NCBI GenBank assembly: GCA_052389415.1
Contig: JBQTHX010000091.1
Coordinates: 1 to 14,931 of the forward strand
From: Nitrosopumilaceae archaeon
GTDB taxonomy: Archaea; Thermoproteota; Nitrososphaeria; Nitrososphaerales; Nitrosopumilaceae
Length of the DNA: 14,931 nt
Reading direction: 5' to 3'
Under the pieces are notes generated by a model. It made no database searches, was not told the DNA's origin, and worked only from the letters and a program-made list of their open reading frames with translations. Both the position numbers and the translations under genes were made by a program. Below are positions 14,690 to 14,931 of the stretch, piece after piece (position 1 is the stretch's first letter; each line of letters begins with the position of its first letter).

Positions 14690-14931
14690 TTATGCCCCCA
14701 CGCTTTTTACCGTAGCAACTCCACGAATATGCGGACCTCCATTTCCCATCCTCATTATCTGCATAGGATCACCTTTCCCGCAGTTAGTAACAGGTCTCAC
14801 TGTAAAATCTTTTCCGCAAGCATCAATCGAATTGAAAAAATCTGGAGCTGTTCCCATCACTATAACATCCCTTAACAGTTCCGTAGTCTCTCCGTTCTCA
14901 ATTTTTTGTGCAAATTGACATGAAATACTCC
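14690..14931 (-). CDS. tldD: 3' end of a TldD-family metalloprotease (not in ORF track)
   Basis: Manual translation: SISCQFAQKIENGETTELLRDVIVMG...NCGKGDPMQIMRMGNGGPHIRGVATVKSVGA*. IENG..T..LRD, CGKG..Q and GGPH are TldD C-terminal motifs. Stop TAA 14692-14690 abuts the udg ATG. Confidence 0.88.
   Translation of the reverse strand, partial: SISCQFAQKIENGETTELLRDVIVMGTAPDFFNSIDACGKDFTVRPVTNCGKGDPMQIMRMGNGGPHIRGVATVKSVGA

Noticed and set aside
8810-14918. Remaining shadow ORFs, including 11094-11348 (-) and 14460-14918 (+)
   Set aside because: Antisense or alternate-frame to real genes; 14460-14918 is the mirror of udg and the tldD 3' end.
1-14931. CRISPR array, IS/transposon, integrase, tRNA, rRNA or defence system
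   Set aside because: No regularly spaced repeats, terminal inverted repeats, GC-rich structured segments or relevant protein motifs were seen by eye; nearly all sequence is explained by housekeeping CDSs.

Overview
AT-rich, gene-dense archaeal core-genome region. Gene content, protein style, TATA boxes about 30 bp upstream of start codons and many TTG/GTG starts point to an ammonia-oxidising archaeon (Nitrososphaerota/Thaumarchaeota); this assignment is inferred, not searched. The left two-thirds is a sulfur-assimilation/trafficking neighbourhood: ferredoxin-type sulfite/nitrite reductase coupled to a tandem rhodanese, Cys-type Thi4, thioredoxin reductase, CysM-type cysteine synthase and TusA. 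A divergent myo-inositol-1-phosphate synthase homologue and an archaemetzincin-like protein without HExxH sit among these genes. The rest encodes a PHP-domain protein, cofE, a SerB-like HAD phosphatase, a small Cys-rich protein, proS, a DedA/VTT membrane protein and a tldD-udg-mpg run. The ORF track misses the tldD 3' end, truncates the first gene and tusA, and probably over-extends the rhodanese. The clearest oddity is that tusA has no canonical start codon and appears to begin at ATT behind an AGGTGA Shine-Dalgarno site. No mobile element, CRISPR array, tRNA or rRNA was seen. A clearly novel system is not demonstrable; the best candidate is an inferred protein-bound sulfur relay.
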